In this document: one piece after another, positions 36,209-46,049 of the stretch
Layout of the letters: each line of letters opens with the position of its first letter
How positions within the stretch are numbered: position 1 is the stretch's first letter
Source of the DNA: a virus
Lineage: Duplodnaviria; Caudoviricetes
Length of the DNA: 64,000 nucleotides
Strand: one strand, 5' to 3'
IMG/VR virus record: IMGVR_UViG_3300011116_001007
The notes under the pieces: generated by a model
What the model was told of the DNA's origin: nothing
Seen by the model: only the letters and a program-made list of their open reading frames with translations
Database searches by the model: none
Position numbers and translations under genes: made by a program

Positions 36209-36913
36209 CCAATATTTGCTATTATCTAAACTGTCCCAGTATGTTTTATTATTGCGATTGATAAAATTCTTAACCAAGTATCGGGCCATGCCCATGTAGC
36301 CCATTTTTTTAAACCTGCGTGAATCTTGGCCAAGATGATGTCGGACAATTCTAAACTTTCTTGGACTGTACTTTCTAGACAAAAAGTAGTCTTCGCTTGT
36401 GGTCAGCTGTTCGGGAAATCCGCCATATTCTTCAAATCGATCCCTACGTGTGAGCATAAAAGCACCAACGGCAAATGGTGAGAAATATTTCAATGTGTGA
36501 TTTATAGTGTTAAAAATAGTAAACCCAAACTTTGCTCTTATGTCATTGTCATAGCACTTGATGTTCAATCCAACAAGATCAAGGTTCATTGATTCAATTT
36601 TATTGACAGCATCATGGATCACATCGTATTTAAAAAAACGAACATCAGCGTCAATGAATAAGATGTAGGGAGTAGTAACTAATCTTGCCCCATTGTTCTT
36701 GGCCACTGAAACAGGTCCTCCCTCAATGATCTCAACATTCAATTCCCAACTGTTATCACGTATAACTTGTCTGGTGTTATCCGTAGAACAATCAGCAATA
36801 ATGACTCTAGTATCACCTATGTTTTGTGAGCGTAATGAATCTAACAAATGATGAATATAATTTTCTTCATTCTTGCAAGGCACAACTATGGTAATTTTAT
36901 CACTTAATTTCAT
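36203..36913 (-). CDS. GT2 family glycosyltransferase
   Basis: ITIVVPCKNEE, IIADCS, KNNGA, LFIDADV, FPEQLTTSED. Confidence 0.88.
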   Translation of the reverse strand: MKLSDKITIVVPCKNEENYIHHLLDSLRSQNIGDTRVIIADCSTDNTRQVIRDNSWELNVEIIEGGPVSVAKNNGARLVTTPYILFIDADVRFFKYDVIHDAVNKIESMNLDLVGLNIKCYDNDIRAKFGFTIFNTINHTLKYFSPFAVGAFMLTRRDRFEEYGGFPEQLTTSEDYFLSRKYSPRKFRIVRHHLGQDSRRFKKMGYMGMARYLVKNFINRNNKTYWDSLDNSKYWT

Positions 36914-37664
36914 TGTCCTTCTCCCGGGTCCATGTGATGATTTCCCAACGACCGTCGTGATGTTCAACCAGTGCTGTGCATGATTCCACCCAGTCGCCGT
37001 CGTTCATGTATCGAACACCATCTATATCTTTGATCTCGGCATGGTGTATGTGGCCGCAGATAACCCCATCATATCCGCGTTTCTTACAGTAAGCGGCAAG
37101 ATTCTTTTCAAAGTGGAATATAAAATCTACTGCTTTCTTTACTCTTGCTTTGAGATATTGACTAAGACTAAAGTACCCAAAACCCATGCGATGGCGTAGC
37201 CAATTGAATTTGCTATTAACTGATAAAATGACATCATATGCTTTGTCTCCTAAAAAACTTATCCAAGGTGCCAATCTAGTTATACCGTCAAACAAGTCTC
37301 CGTGTACCACAAGATAATGTCGACCGTCTGCACCTATATGTTCCGTTTGATTGTGTATCTCAACCAGGCCAAAACTGAACCCATATGGAATCATGGGTCT
37401 TAAAAATTCGTCGTGATTACCTGCAATATAAACAACACGAGTGCCGCGTTTAGCATGACCGAGAACACGACGGACCACATTAGTGTGGCTTTGTTTCCAG
37501 CGCCATTTGTTTTGTTGGATTCTCCAGGCATCAATTATATCTCCCACAAGGTATAAAGTGTCACAGGTGTTGTGTTTGAGGAAATTGTTGAGTCGGTCTG
37601 CTTGACAATCCCTTGTGCCAAGATGCACATCGGAGATAAAGATACTGCGATATGTTTTCTCCAT
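36900..37664 (-). CDS. LpxH-like metallophosphoesterase, PlcP-type phospholipase C candidate
   Basis: SIFISDVHLG, LVGDIID, GNHDE, VHGDLFD, CGHIHH, YMNDGDWVESCTALVE. Confidence 0.8.
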   Translation of the reverse strand: MEKTYRSIFISDVHLGTRDCQADRLNNFLKHNTCDTLYLVGDIIDAWRIQQNKWRWKQSHTNVVRRVLGHAKRGTRVVYIAGNHDEFLRPMIPYGFSFGLVEIHNQTEHIGADGRHYLVVHGDLFDGITRLAPWISFLGDKAYDVILSVNSKFNWLRHRMGFGYFSLSQYLKARVKKAVDFIFHFEKNLAAYCKKRGYDGVICGHIHHAEIKDIDGVRYMNDGDWVESCTALVEHHDGRWEIITWTREKDNEIK

Positions 37665-37685
37665 GCTGTATTTACAAAGATGATT

Positions 37686-37703
37686 GTTACAACAGCATTA
37701 CAG
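37686..37703 (-). promoter_or_regulatory. Pho-box-like site upstream of PlcP-like gene
   Basis: CTGTAAT-GCTG-TTGTAAC versus PhoB consensus CTGTCAT-n4-CTGTCA(C/T); 11-bp period. Confidence 0.5.
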
Positions 37704-37705
37704 TA

Positions 37706-38365
37706 TCAATACACAGGTTGTTTGACCAGTTGATTCACAAAGCTCAGCAGCAATTGATGATGGCGCCGTTCATGCCAGTGCGGTTTCATCCAACTCCAGC
37801 CGTTGTACCAGAACTTTTCACTTTCGGGGTGACAGCCTATCAGGCCTATGCGGCCCTGCATGATGGCCATGGCATCGCCATTGGCGTATGTGGCAACAGT
37901 TTTGAATCGTTTTGGATTGCCTACCAACGCACACCCGTCATAAAAAAACATCTTTTCTTCGCGGCCGCGCCAGGTCACATCAAGTCCTTTGGCATGCGGC
38001 CGTCGAGTGTCTGTGCCGGGACGCCGGATGTATTGTGCGGCATCCACACCGTCAAGTATATCAAAGTAATGACTGCCGGCCCAGTAAGCACCCATGCAGA
38101 TGCCCAGATAGTAACCGCCTTTTTGCACGAAGTCTATCACTCGATCGCCATTGTTGCGGAACAAGCGATAGAAGCTGTCTGAGTCTCCTATGCCGCCAGG
38201 AAACGCCACGATGTCCACGTCATCAAAGAAACAATCTTCCAAGACATTTTTTCCAAACATCTTGAAGTTATACTGTGGTGACAACGCCTGCATCATACCA
38301 TTGACACTTTGCACTGAACATTTGGGATCGGCTACAAAAAGTGCTATGGTTTTGCGGACTGTCAT
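37706..38365 (-). CDS. BPL-N / class I glutamine amidotransferase-like protein
   Basis: FPGGIGDS, GGYYLGICMGAY nucleophile elbow, GCHPE. Confidence 0.75.
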   Translation of the reverse strand: MTVRKTIALFVADPKCSVQSVNGMMQALSPQYNFKMFGKNVLEDCFFDDVDIVAFPGGIGDSDSFYRLFRNNGDRVIDFVQKGGYYLGICMGAYWAGSHYFDILDGVDAAQYIRRPGTDTRRPHAKGLDVTWRGREEKMFFYDGCALVGNPKRFKTVATYANGDAMAIMQGRIGLIGCHPESEKFWYNGWSWMKPHWHERRHHQLLLSFVNQLVKQPVY

Positions 38366-38868
38366 GATAGGTCAATGATAGGAATTGGGCCGTCAAATGG
38401 CCTACTGTTTACCACAGTTTTGAGTTTGAACAACATGTTCTGGCTGCTGATACGTCGCATGCCCAAGCCCAGTTGTGTTTCGGGATCATAAGCCCATACT
38501 TGTGTGTTGGGTTCTACCTGTGCCAGCTGATCAGCAATGCCGTTTAATTTCTTTAGACTTTGATCTATGGCATGTGGATTGATACCACGTGTGCGTGTGC
38601 GATCCACAGCATGATCGTCTATTGCCACAGTCAGCTGAGGAAAGTGTAGATTGCCAATTATGGTTTCGTTGGTCTTTTTGCGCTTGCCACTTTTCATGTT
38701 GGCCATCCAGTGGGCTAGTTGTGCTGCCCTGCCCGAGTGATTTTTAGCAAATTTGCGTAAGTTGCTCACACTGGATTTAGTGGGCACATGATGGCGTTTT
38801 GAATCACCTTTGTCTTCAGGATGTCGACCATCAGCAAAGTTTTCGGTAATAAATTCTCTTGCTCGCAT
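38362..38868 (-). CDS. CTS-motif two-module protein (MRAREFITE)
   Basis: ENFADG..WMANMKSGK basic module, then TNE junction and a second domain; TAAATA upstream. Confidence 0.6.
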   Translation of the reverse strand: MRAREFITENFADGRHPEDKGDSKRHHVPTKSSVSNLRKFAKNHSGRAAQLAHWMANMKSGKRKKTNETIIGNLHFPQLTVAIDDHAVDRTRTRGINPHAIDQSLKKLNGIADQLAQVEPNTQVWAYDPETQLGLGMRRISSQNMLFKLKTVVNSRPFDGPIPIIDLS

Positions 38869-38911
38869 ATGGGTATTTAGCGTGTGGTCAATCAGCCGAA
38901 TTAGAGCTATT

Positions 38912-41900
38912 TTACTGGGCTTGACGCACACTGTAGTCAGCAGGGTTGAGTGTTATGCCAGTGTCGTTGCTGGTTTGTTGTACCCATTGACGACCTTCTG
39001 CCCAGGCCGCAGCTTGTGTGGCAGCATCCAACGGGAACATGCTCACTCCATCACTACGTCGATACACTTCCCACTGGGGCGCGGCTGCTGGCTGCGATGT
39101 ATACTGTGCAACATCTGGCTCAATGTCTTGCACTCCAGGAATTGGAGTAGGTGTCCGACGGTTAGCAGCATGTTCTGCATCAGCGGCCATGCTGGCTGCT
39201 GCTATTGCATTATAGCGTTGACGAGCTAGATCCAAGGTGCTGCCTGGGATGGGTGCTCGACGAACACCAAACGCTGCTGTGGCCTGCTGCGAATTTAATG
39301 TATGCGGACCCATGCTTCTATATTGATTCAAGAATTCTAAAGCTGCTGCATCATTGGCCGCTTGGAATGTTTCTAAGGGGCTGCTGTCCTCTCGGTCGTA
39401 AATCTCGTAAGTGACTGTGTCTGCATCAGCGGGTACTTCAGCAGGCACAGGAACCACTTCAAACGGTCCGCGAGCAGCCATATTAAGTGGCGGTAGCCAA
39501 TGGGCTTGCACCCATGCTAGTGCTGCTGCGTTGGCATCTGCTTGCACATTTCTATTCCAGAAAGTATGCACAACATCTCCGTCGTCGGCAACAATGTTCC
39601 ATTGCACACTACCGGCTTCGGGTGCTGATGCAGGTGCTGCAAACTGCGTGGTATCCACAATCATGTAATCAGCAGCATTTGCATTTTCTCGAGCAGCCCA
39701 GGCCGACATCACAGAACGAAGTTGGGCTTGGCTATAGCCGTCCCCTAGGGTAAATCTAAACAAGTAGTCTGGTGCAGGTCCTGATGTTCCGCTGCCGTAG
39801 CTGTAGACTCGAGGATCATCACGTCGCACTATGGCCAGTTGACCGTTGGGGTCATTGGGTCTGCCACGGCCTTGGGGATGTGATGCTGTGGTACTGGCTC
39901 CTGCTGCGGGCTCATCCAGTCTGGTCACAGTCAGTGCATCATCATGAAATCTCCAGTTGGGCTGCTGTTTTATGGCCTGCTTCTTGGCATCTACAGGGTC
40001 AGCGGCAATCACTTCTACCACGCCGCCACCCAATTCAGGCTTCAATGACACTCTCCATCGATGACCATTCACAATGTCCTCACCAGACTTCTTGGCCTTG
40101 CGGTCGGCTTGTGCTTGCCGCACAAAACTCTTTAGCGCAGCAGCAGGTAGTTCGCCTGCGGCATACTTGGCAAATACAGCCAGGGGATCTTTTTCATCTT
40201 TGGGTGCCAATATCTTGTATAGTTTTTTCAGATACTCTTGTCTATACGCTTCAGGATCTAATGCAGCACTCATGGCCACTGTGAATCTCATGAGAGTGTT
40301 TTCAATCTTGTCAAAGTTGTCGTCCAACCAGTCTCCGCCGGGGCTACGAAACTCAATGTGCCCATCCTTGGTGTTGATACTGGTGTATTTTTCTGTTGAG
40401 CCCGAGTGTATGGCTTTACTAGCCAAAGCACCCATGTGCCCTTTCATCTTGTCCAACAAATATTTTGCTTCATAAGGCCGTTGACGCACATGATCACGCA
40501 CTTTGCCCATGGCACTCTTGGCGTAGGAGTTACCTGCCCGCCCAAACTGCTCTAACACATATTCGTCGCCCATCAGCAGGGCCAGCTTTACAAAATCCAG
40601 TCGATTCTGGCTGTAATTGGGCACTGAGATATTGATGTGTAGCCCAGTAGAATCATTGGTGTAGCAGCCCATGCGATTGGCCCAGGCTTTGACCTTGTTC
40701 AAGTCACTCATGATGTCATCTATAGGCAATGGTGGGCTCACAAACTCCAGGCCTGAATCTTGTGGGTCATCCGGTTCCAAACTGCCATCGGGTTCTACCA
40801 CATAGAAGTTTTTGCCCGGCGCAGGACGCTCCACACTGCTGGAATGATACCCTGAAGATGCCTTTACAGGACGACCCACCGCCCGACTGAAATCGTCTGC
40901 TATATCTTCAACGCTGGTGCCACCAGCAAGACTGCTGGTATAGTGTGGCCAATGTATAATTCCATTATAACGATGATAGATATCACTCATGTGGCCCAGG
41001 CCAGAGTCACCCAACCATTCTTCAAAATTGTCATTTTCGTAGAACTCATCGCGGGACTGTTCCAATGCATCATCATAGAAAGGTTGTAGTTGTTCAGTAA
41101 CAATCATGTCCGCAGCCAGTTGATATTCTTTTTTACCAAGCTCGTCCTCTGATTCTAGATCCAACAACTCTCTGATGCTATCTTCGTCAACATTTTCTCG
41201 GATGTAATCGTAGATGAATGTTTTAGCATCTGAATCCCAGCGAGTATCAAACTGTTCCACTTGCCAGTCGCCGTAATCATCCAGCATGCGATCAACCAAC
41301 TCCTGGGCATTTCTGCGACCGTTGTAGTCACCATCATAGAAAAAATCTTGAATATCTCTAGGGCTGCTGGCACGTTCATCAGAATCAAAGTCGGGTTCTA
41401 GTTCATCATCTTCGGATGAAGTGTTGGGCACAATCATTTCAAATTCCATACCAGCCAGGGCACCTGTCTTGGCTGCTTCTCGACGCAGATTCTTGCCACC
41501 CATGTTGATTTCAAACAGATCCTGATCTTCAAACAATCTCAATTCTTGTCGCAGGCTTGCTACCAATTTATTTTCAGCCACATTGTAGGTAGGGTCAGTT
41601 TTTTGACGCTTCATGCCTTTGGGCTGGTTAGGATCAACAGGATCAATGTCAGTGGTTGATAACCCTAATTTTTCTAACTTATTGATGTACTTGTGTTCAG
41701 TATCTTCGTCACCAAAGCTCACAATAGTGCTGGGTGGCCCTTTGCCAAATTCGCTGGGATCAGCACGATCCAGATTGGCAATGTGCTTGCCCAACTTGTA
41801 CCAGTCATACACGTCACTCACATCTACTCGTACTGTGCCTTTGGGCATGGTGGGTTTGAATTCAGGCCCCAATGGCTCATTGAGGTCACGATACTTGCCC

Positions 41901-43300
41901 TGACCCTGCGACGGTTGCGGCATAGAACTTTCACGTAGATTCACAGACTTGATCAACAACTTGGGCTCTCCGTTGGGCCCTGTTTGCAATGCCATCTTGT
42001 TGGCTTCTCGGCCTGTTTGTCCCGGACGCACATCCACACTCAAGGCCATGGCATACTGTGGCATGGCCGCTTCCTTTTTGTTCTTGGGAATGTATCCTGA
42101 CGCACCTTCGCCCAGGGATTCTGCGGCAAAGTATTCAGGATGTGACGCAGCAAAATCTCGCATGATGATGCCAGCTCTGGCATTGGCATCATTTTCGTAT
42201 TCACTGCCAGTTTCTCCAGCATCCAGTGGCAGGCCACCTTGCGTCTGATGTTGATCACAATGCACCAGTTCATGTGCTATGGTGCGGAACACATCCAGGA
42301 TATGGCGATTGGGCAAGCTCACATTGAGAGTGTTTGATTCTGGCTCATAACGTCCAAAGCTGTGATTGCCTTCACTCCATTCAGGATCTGTGTGTATGAC
42401 TATTTTGGGAGCAGGATCAATGCCCAGTTCCGTGACCACATGCTGGATAAAATCATTCACTGCCTGATTGTCCTCGTCGCCTTTTTCACTCAAGAACATT
42501 CGGGTACTGGCACTGACCCCATCTGGAGTTATTGTGACATCTTCTGCGATGCGATGGCCAAACCCATAGGTCACACGACCTTTTTCTCTGTTCTTTTCCA
42601 CTAGACTCATGGCATGATCTTGTGCTGCCACGTGAGCATCTTTCAGCAGTCGGATGCAGCCTTGATCGCGCAGCACTTTGAACGTGATGTTTTCGCAACC
42701 AAATTCCCCATGCTGTTCCAGCCCAATTTGGCGCATGGCTTTGATCTTGTTCCACAGGGTGGACATCATATCAGCATTGCCAGACTCAACAGCAGCGTGT
42801 ATTCTAGCGTCTAGATCAGCTGCTTTGTCACGCACACATGAGTCATCAATCTGTGCTCGTCGGCGGCGCGGCACTTGTATCCATTTGCCATCCTTGACTG
42901 AATAAATGCCCTGACTCACATGCGGCTGGCCTGCAGGTTGCACATACAATTCCACATCAGCACCGCCAATGGTCAAATTGTGTTCGTCGTTGTATTGGTA
43001 TTTTTTAGCGTTGAACAGTTCCTGATACACAGGATCATCAGGCATGTCCACTATCAAATGTAGATCAATGTCGCTGTGGTCAGTATAGTTGTATGCTGCA
43101 TTTGACCCCGACAGTGTGATGTCTTGCACTCGGAGATTGTCCACTCCCAAGAATTCACGGAAGTCTTCTGCAATTGCCAGCAGTTTGTCACGAACATCTG
43201 GCAGCAGATGTTCATTTGAACCCCACAACCGACGGTTAAGTCGATTATGGTATTTTACAGTGTCGCTCAGGCGGAATTGATCTAGTTCATTGAAGTTCAT
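38912..43300 (-). CDS. 1462-aa polyvalent protein: Pol-beta-type nucleotidyltransferase, HExxH zincin, amidoligase (COOH-NH2 ligase), C-terminal repeats
   Basis: GSNAAYNYTDHSDIDLH; AHELVH; GMEFEM..EPDGSL..GLEFVSPP..STGLHINIS..IEFRSPGG. Confidence 0.75.
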   Translation of the reverse strand: MNFNELDQFRLSDTVKYHNRLNRRLWGSNEHLLPDVRDKLLAIAEDFREFLGVDNLRVQDITLSGSNAAYNYTDHSDIDLHLIVDMPDDPVYQELFNAKKYQYNDEHNLTIGGADVELYVQPAGQPHVSQGIYSVKDGKWIQVPRRRRAQIDDSCVRDKAADLDARIHAAVESGNADMMSTLWNKIKAMRQIGLEQHGEFGCENITFKVLRDQGCIRLLKDAHVAAQDHAMSLVEKNREKGRVTYGFGHRIAEDVTITPDGVSASTRMFLSEKGDEDNQAVNDFIQHVVTELGIDPAPKIVIHTDPEWSEGNHSFGRYEPESNTLNVSLPNRHILDVFRTIAHELVHCDQHQTQGGLPLDAGETGSEYENDANARAGIIMRDFAASHPEYFAAESLGEGASGYIPKNKKEAAMPQYAMALSVDVRPGQTGREANKMALQTGPNGEPKLLIKSVNLRESSMPQPSQGQGKYRDLNEPLGPEFKPTMPKGTVRVDVSDVYDWYKLGKHIANLDRADPSEFGKGPPSTIVSFGDEDTEHKYINKLEKLGLSTTDIDPVDPNQPKGMKRQKTDPTYNVAENKLVASLRQELRLFEDQDLFEINMGGKNLRREAAKTGALAGMEFEMIVPNTSSEDDELEPDFDSDERASSPRDIQDFFYDGDYNGRRNAQELVDRMLDDYGDWQVEQFDTRWDSDAKTFIYDYIRENVDEDSIRELLDLESEDELGKKEYQLAADMIVTEQLQPFYDDALEQSRDEFYENDNFEEWLGDSGLGHMSDIYHRYNGIIHWPHYTSSLAGGTSVEDIADDFSRAVGRPVKASSGYHSSSVERPAPGKNFYVVEPDGSLEPDDPQDSGLEFVSPPLPIDDIMSDLNKVKAWANRMGCYTNDSTGLHINISVPNYSQNRLDFVKLALLMGDEYVLEQFGRAGNSYAKSAMGKVRDHVRQRPYEAKYLLDKMKGHMGALASKAIHSGSTEKYTSINTKDGHIEFRSPGGDWLDDNFDKIENTLMRFTVAMSAALDPEAYRQEYLKKLYKILAPKDEKDPLAVFAKYAAGELPAAALKSFVRQAQADRKAKKSGEDIVNGHRWRVSLKPELGGGVVEVIAADPVDAKKQAIKQQPNWRFHDDALTVTRLDEPAAGASTTASHPQGRGRPNDPNGQLAIVRRDDPRVYSYGSGTSGPAPDYLFRFTLGDGYSQAQLRSVMSAWAARENANAADYMIVDTTQFAAPASAPEAGSVQWNIVADDGDVVHTFWNRNVQADANAAALAWVQAHWLPPLNMAARGPFEVVPVPAEVPADADTVTYEIYDREDSSPLETFQAANDAAALEFLNQYRSMGPHTLNSQQATAAFGVRRAPIPGSTLDLARQRYNAIAAASMAADAEHAANRRTPTPIPGVQDIEPDVAQYTSQPAAAPQWEVYRRSDGVSMFPLDAATQAAAWAEGRQWVQQTSNDTGITLNPADYSVRQAQ

Positions 43301-43324
43301 ACGAACTATATTTACCGCAAACCT

Positions 43325-44251
43325 TTAGGCTTGAGTTTCTGCTGCTTCTTCAACTACAGCTTCCACAGGCTCGCTAGACGCCATGATTTCAGCCACGGGT
43401 TCTGCTGCCATCAGCTCAGGAGTGACTGCATGTGCCAGCGACGGTGCAGGTTCCGCAGCAGGTGCTGGTTGAATAGCTTTGAGATCCTGATACAACTTGT
43501 CCTGTGTGGTAAAATCAAATGTGTATGTGCCTGTGTGCTTGAGCAACACACGATTGTCTACAAAGATCTGACCGCCTAGATCGCGCCAGTTTTCACAGAA
43601 TGTCCAGTCTTCGGAGTAGTAGCGACCTTCGCGAACTGCTGTGTCAAAGTAGGTTTTCATGTAAGGATCCAGTTCAGCAGGCATGCCAATGTCGTTGGCA
43701 AAGTTACGTACCGCAGGATGTGCATTCAGCTTGTCAAACACATCGCGCTTGATCAGCATGAATCCTGTGCCAGTTTTGCTAACTTCGGTAAGATGACCCA
43801 CTGGTTCCATTCCAGGAATACCGTTGACACACCATTTCACAGGCAGGCTTTTCATTGGGTACAAACCGCCAATCACATCTTTCTGGCTGTCTAGCAACAC
43901 CAACAGGTGCCAAGGTTCCCAGCCAATGTCGGCGTCAATAAACATCAAGTGGGTGGATTCTTTTGTGTGCAAGAACTTGGCAGTGAGTGTGTTTCTGGCT
44001 CTGCTGATCAAGCTCTCATTGGTCATGGTTTCCACAGTCCATTCAAGACCCAATTGTCTTGCGGTGTTGGCCCATTTGATATAACTCATGAATGTGCTTT
44101 CGGTCAACTGACCGCCATAGCAAGGCATCATGATGTGTACTCTTGTGGTACGCAGATAATCTATGTTGACTTGAACAGTTTGTTGTGCAGTTGCAGCGGG
44201 ATCGCTAGGTGGGGTTGTGGTGGGTTGGGCGTCAGCCATTGGGTTCTCCAT
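43325..44251 (-). CDS. GT-A fold glycosyltransferase-like protein
   Basis: HIMMPCYGG, ESLISRARN, HLMFIDADIGW, GTGFMLI, SEDWTFC. Confidence 0.7.
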   Translation of the reverse strand: MENPMADAQPTTTPPSDPAATAQQTVQVNIDYLRTTRVHIMMPCYGGQLTESTFMSYIKWANTARQLGLEWTVETMTNESLISRARNTLTAKFLHTKESTHLMFIDADIGWEPWHLLVLLDSQKDVIGGLYPMKSLPVKWCVNGIPGMEPVGHLTEVSKTGTGFMLIKRDVFDKLNAHPAVRNFANDIGMPAELDPYMKTYFDTAVREGRYYSEDWTFCENWRDLGGQIFVDNRVLLKHTGTYTFDFTTQDKLYQDLKAIQPAPAAEPAPSLAHAVTPELMAAEPVAEIMASSEPVEAVVEEAAETQA

Positions 44252-44308
44252 TAAAAGTATGCTGTTATTTACAGAGTATAACAGGTCAGCAGATTTTTTG
44301 CAACCAGT

Positions 44309-45061
44309 TTAGACAGATGTCTTTTCCTGAACGTAGTCTTCGTTGACAGGTTGATTTTCACGGGCTTGGTAACTGGCCGTCATGCCGCCTACAAAATTCT
44401 GTGCGGCAGTTTCGGCTATGGTTCCCATTGCGGTGTTCAGCATCCCGGCTACATTTTTAGCCAAGGCCGGGTTGGTCTGTGTAGCAGGATACAAACTCAT
44501 AACCAGAGCTACCTTACGTTTTTCGTTCAATTGCGGCCACGCTGTGCGTATTTCAGTGGCAGATTGCATGCCTGGCCCAAATTCCTCAGTGGGCAAGTAG
44601 GCCATGTAAGCATGTTGGGTCATGGGCTGTATGTTGTCCTCGTTGCCAGCAAGATATTGCAGATAATCACTCACTGGCTGGCCTTTGTTTGGGCCACGTT
44701 TGGCCCTGGGCAATTGTCCTGTGGCAGGATCCAGTGCAGCAGGCAATGGCGGTTGATTCTGATCCTTGTCGCTTCTGACAAAAATCAACACAGTATCATT
44801 GGGATTTTTAATCCTTCTGGCAATTGCCGGTTCCATAGCATTGAATTGTCTAGACACTTCGACAAAATCTCTAGGTGGCACTCCAGATACTTGTGCTAAT
44901 TTTTGTTTTATTTTGAATGGAAACGGTCTTGAACTGGTGTCGTTGGTAGCTGCCACAACCACATCGGCACCAGGGAATGTTGCCTTTGCGGCTTGATAAA
45001 GTGATAAGTGCCCTGGGTGAAAAGGGTGGAAGCCGCCAGAAATTAGTACTAACTGTTTCAT
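44309..45061 (-). CDS. HIGH-superfamily cytidylyl/nucleotidyltransferase
   Basis: GGFHPFHPGH, SATEIR. Confidence 0.75.
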   Translation of the reverse strand: MKQLVLISGGFHPFHPGHLSLYQAAKATFPGADVVVAATNDTSSRPFPFKIKQKLAQVSGVPPRDFVEVSRQFNAMEPAIARRIKNPNDTVLIFVRSDKDQNQPPLPAALDPATGQLPRAKRGPNKGQPVSDYLQYLAGNEDNIQPMTQHAYMAYLPTEEFGPGMQSATEIRTAWPQLNEKRKVALVMSLYPATQTNPALAKNVAGMLNTAMGTIAETAAQNFVGGMTASYQARENQPVNEDYVQEKTSV

Positions 45062-45075
45062 AGCTAGTATTTAGT

Positions 45076-45513
45076 TTACGTATGCTCCAGCAGCCACAGG
45101 TAACTGGGAGTGGTAAATTCAAGTACTACCGAACCATTGCAGCCCATGTTTCCAAAAAATTTATCCAAAAACTGGGGTTGGGTGCCATTGAAGTCATGTT
45201 GGTACGTTGCAAGTGTATGAACTATGTTGTCAATGTTTATGCCGCCTAGTGCAATGCCACGTATGTTCAACATGGCATCTTTTGTAATATTTCCATCATC
45301 ATCCAGTTGTGTATGTTTTTCAGTTTTTCCGGTCAGCACAATCTTTAATCGATGTGATTTCTCTTCATCATCGTCAATTTCGTGTCGAAATTGATAAGTC
45401 TCAGCCACATGGCTGTGTTGATGTATACAAAGATCATCAACCCATACTTGGATTCCTAATTTGGCAGCAGTATCAGTTGAGCTGATTTCAAATTCAATGG
45501 GTAAAAGGTTCAT
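45076..45513 (-). CDS. Hypothetical protein
   Basis: 145 aa ORF. Confidence 0.55.
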   Translation of the reverse strand: MNLLPIEFEISSTDTAAKLGIQVWVDDLCIHQHSHVAETYQFRHEIDDDEEKSHRLKIVLTGKTEKHTQLDDDGNITKDAMLNIRGIALGGINIDNIVHTLATYQHDFNGTQPQFLDKFFGNMGCNGSVVLEFTTPSYLWLLEHT

Positions 45514-45516
45514 GTG

Positions 45517-45879
45517 TTAATAAGTGATTGTGATGTTGTTGATAGTGCCGCCGCTGAACCCCACCACACGTATACGCATCCAGGTGAAATTTCCAGTCAC
45601 AGTTGCTGGATAGTAGTCGGTCAGCGGAACTGAAGATCCATCGCCGTACACCAGCGTTTCAAACCAAGCAGCTGATTCGGGATCTGTGTCCAAAGTAGCA
45701 TCCAGGTGCATGACACCTTCAAATGCGTCCACGCTGAACTGTATGGTTTGTACACTGCCGCGCCCGCGATAGTAATTGGCAGCTTGTACTGCATCTCCTG
45801 CCCAATCTTGACTGGACCCATCATAGTTGCCCGATGGTGTACCGTAAGTTGTGGCTGGTAAGAGTACCGCGGTGGCCAT
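45517..45879 (-). CDS. Hypothetical beta-rich (probable structural) protein
   Basis: 120 aa, Thr/Gly rich. Confidence 0.55.
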   Translation of the reverse strand: MATAVLLPATTYGTPSGNYDGSSQDWAGDAVQAANYYRGRGSVQTIQFSVDAFEGVMHLDATLDTDPESAAWFETLVYGDGSSVPLTDYYPATVTGNFTWMRIRVVGFSGGTINNITITY

Positions 45880-46043
45880 TATGCTCGTTCCGCTTCCACT
45901 ACCACGCCTGCGCCAGCCAGTTCTTCAGCCACTTGCTGTAGCGCAGTGATAATGTCGTCGCTGGCAATGGGTTCTGCTGCGGCGTCTTCTCGGATCAATT
46001 TTGATAGTTTGATCACAACTATTTCTTCGTGTATTTTTGCCAT
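45879..46043 (-). CDS. Small acidic protein (54 aa, below ORF-track cutoff)
   Basis: MAKIHEEIVVIKLSKLIREDAAAEPIASDDIITALQQVAEELAGAGVVVEAERA; TAAATA at 46051-46056. Confidence 0.6.
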   Translation of the reverse strand: MAKIHEEIVVIKLSKLIREDAAAEPIASDDIITALQQVAEELAGAGVVVEAERA

Positions 46044-46049
46044 GGTGTA

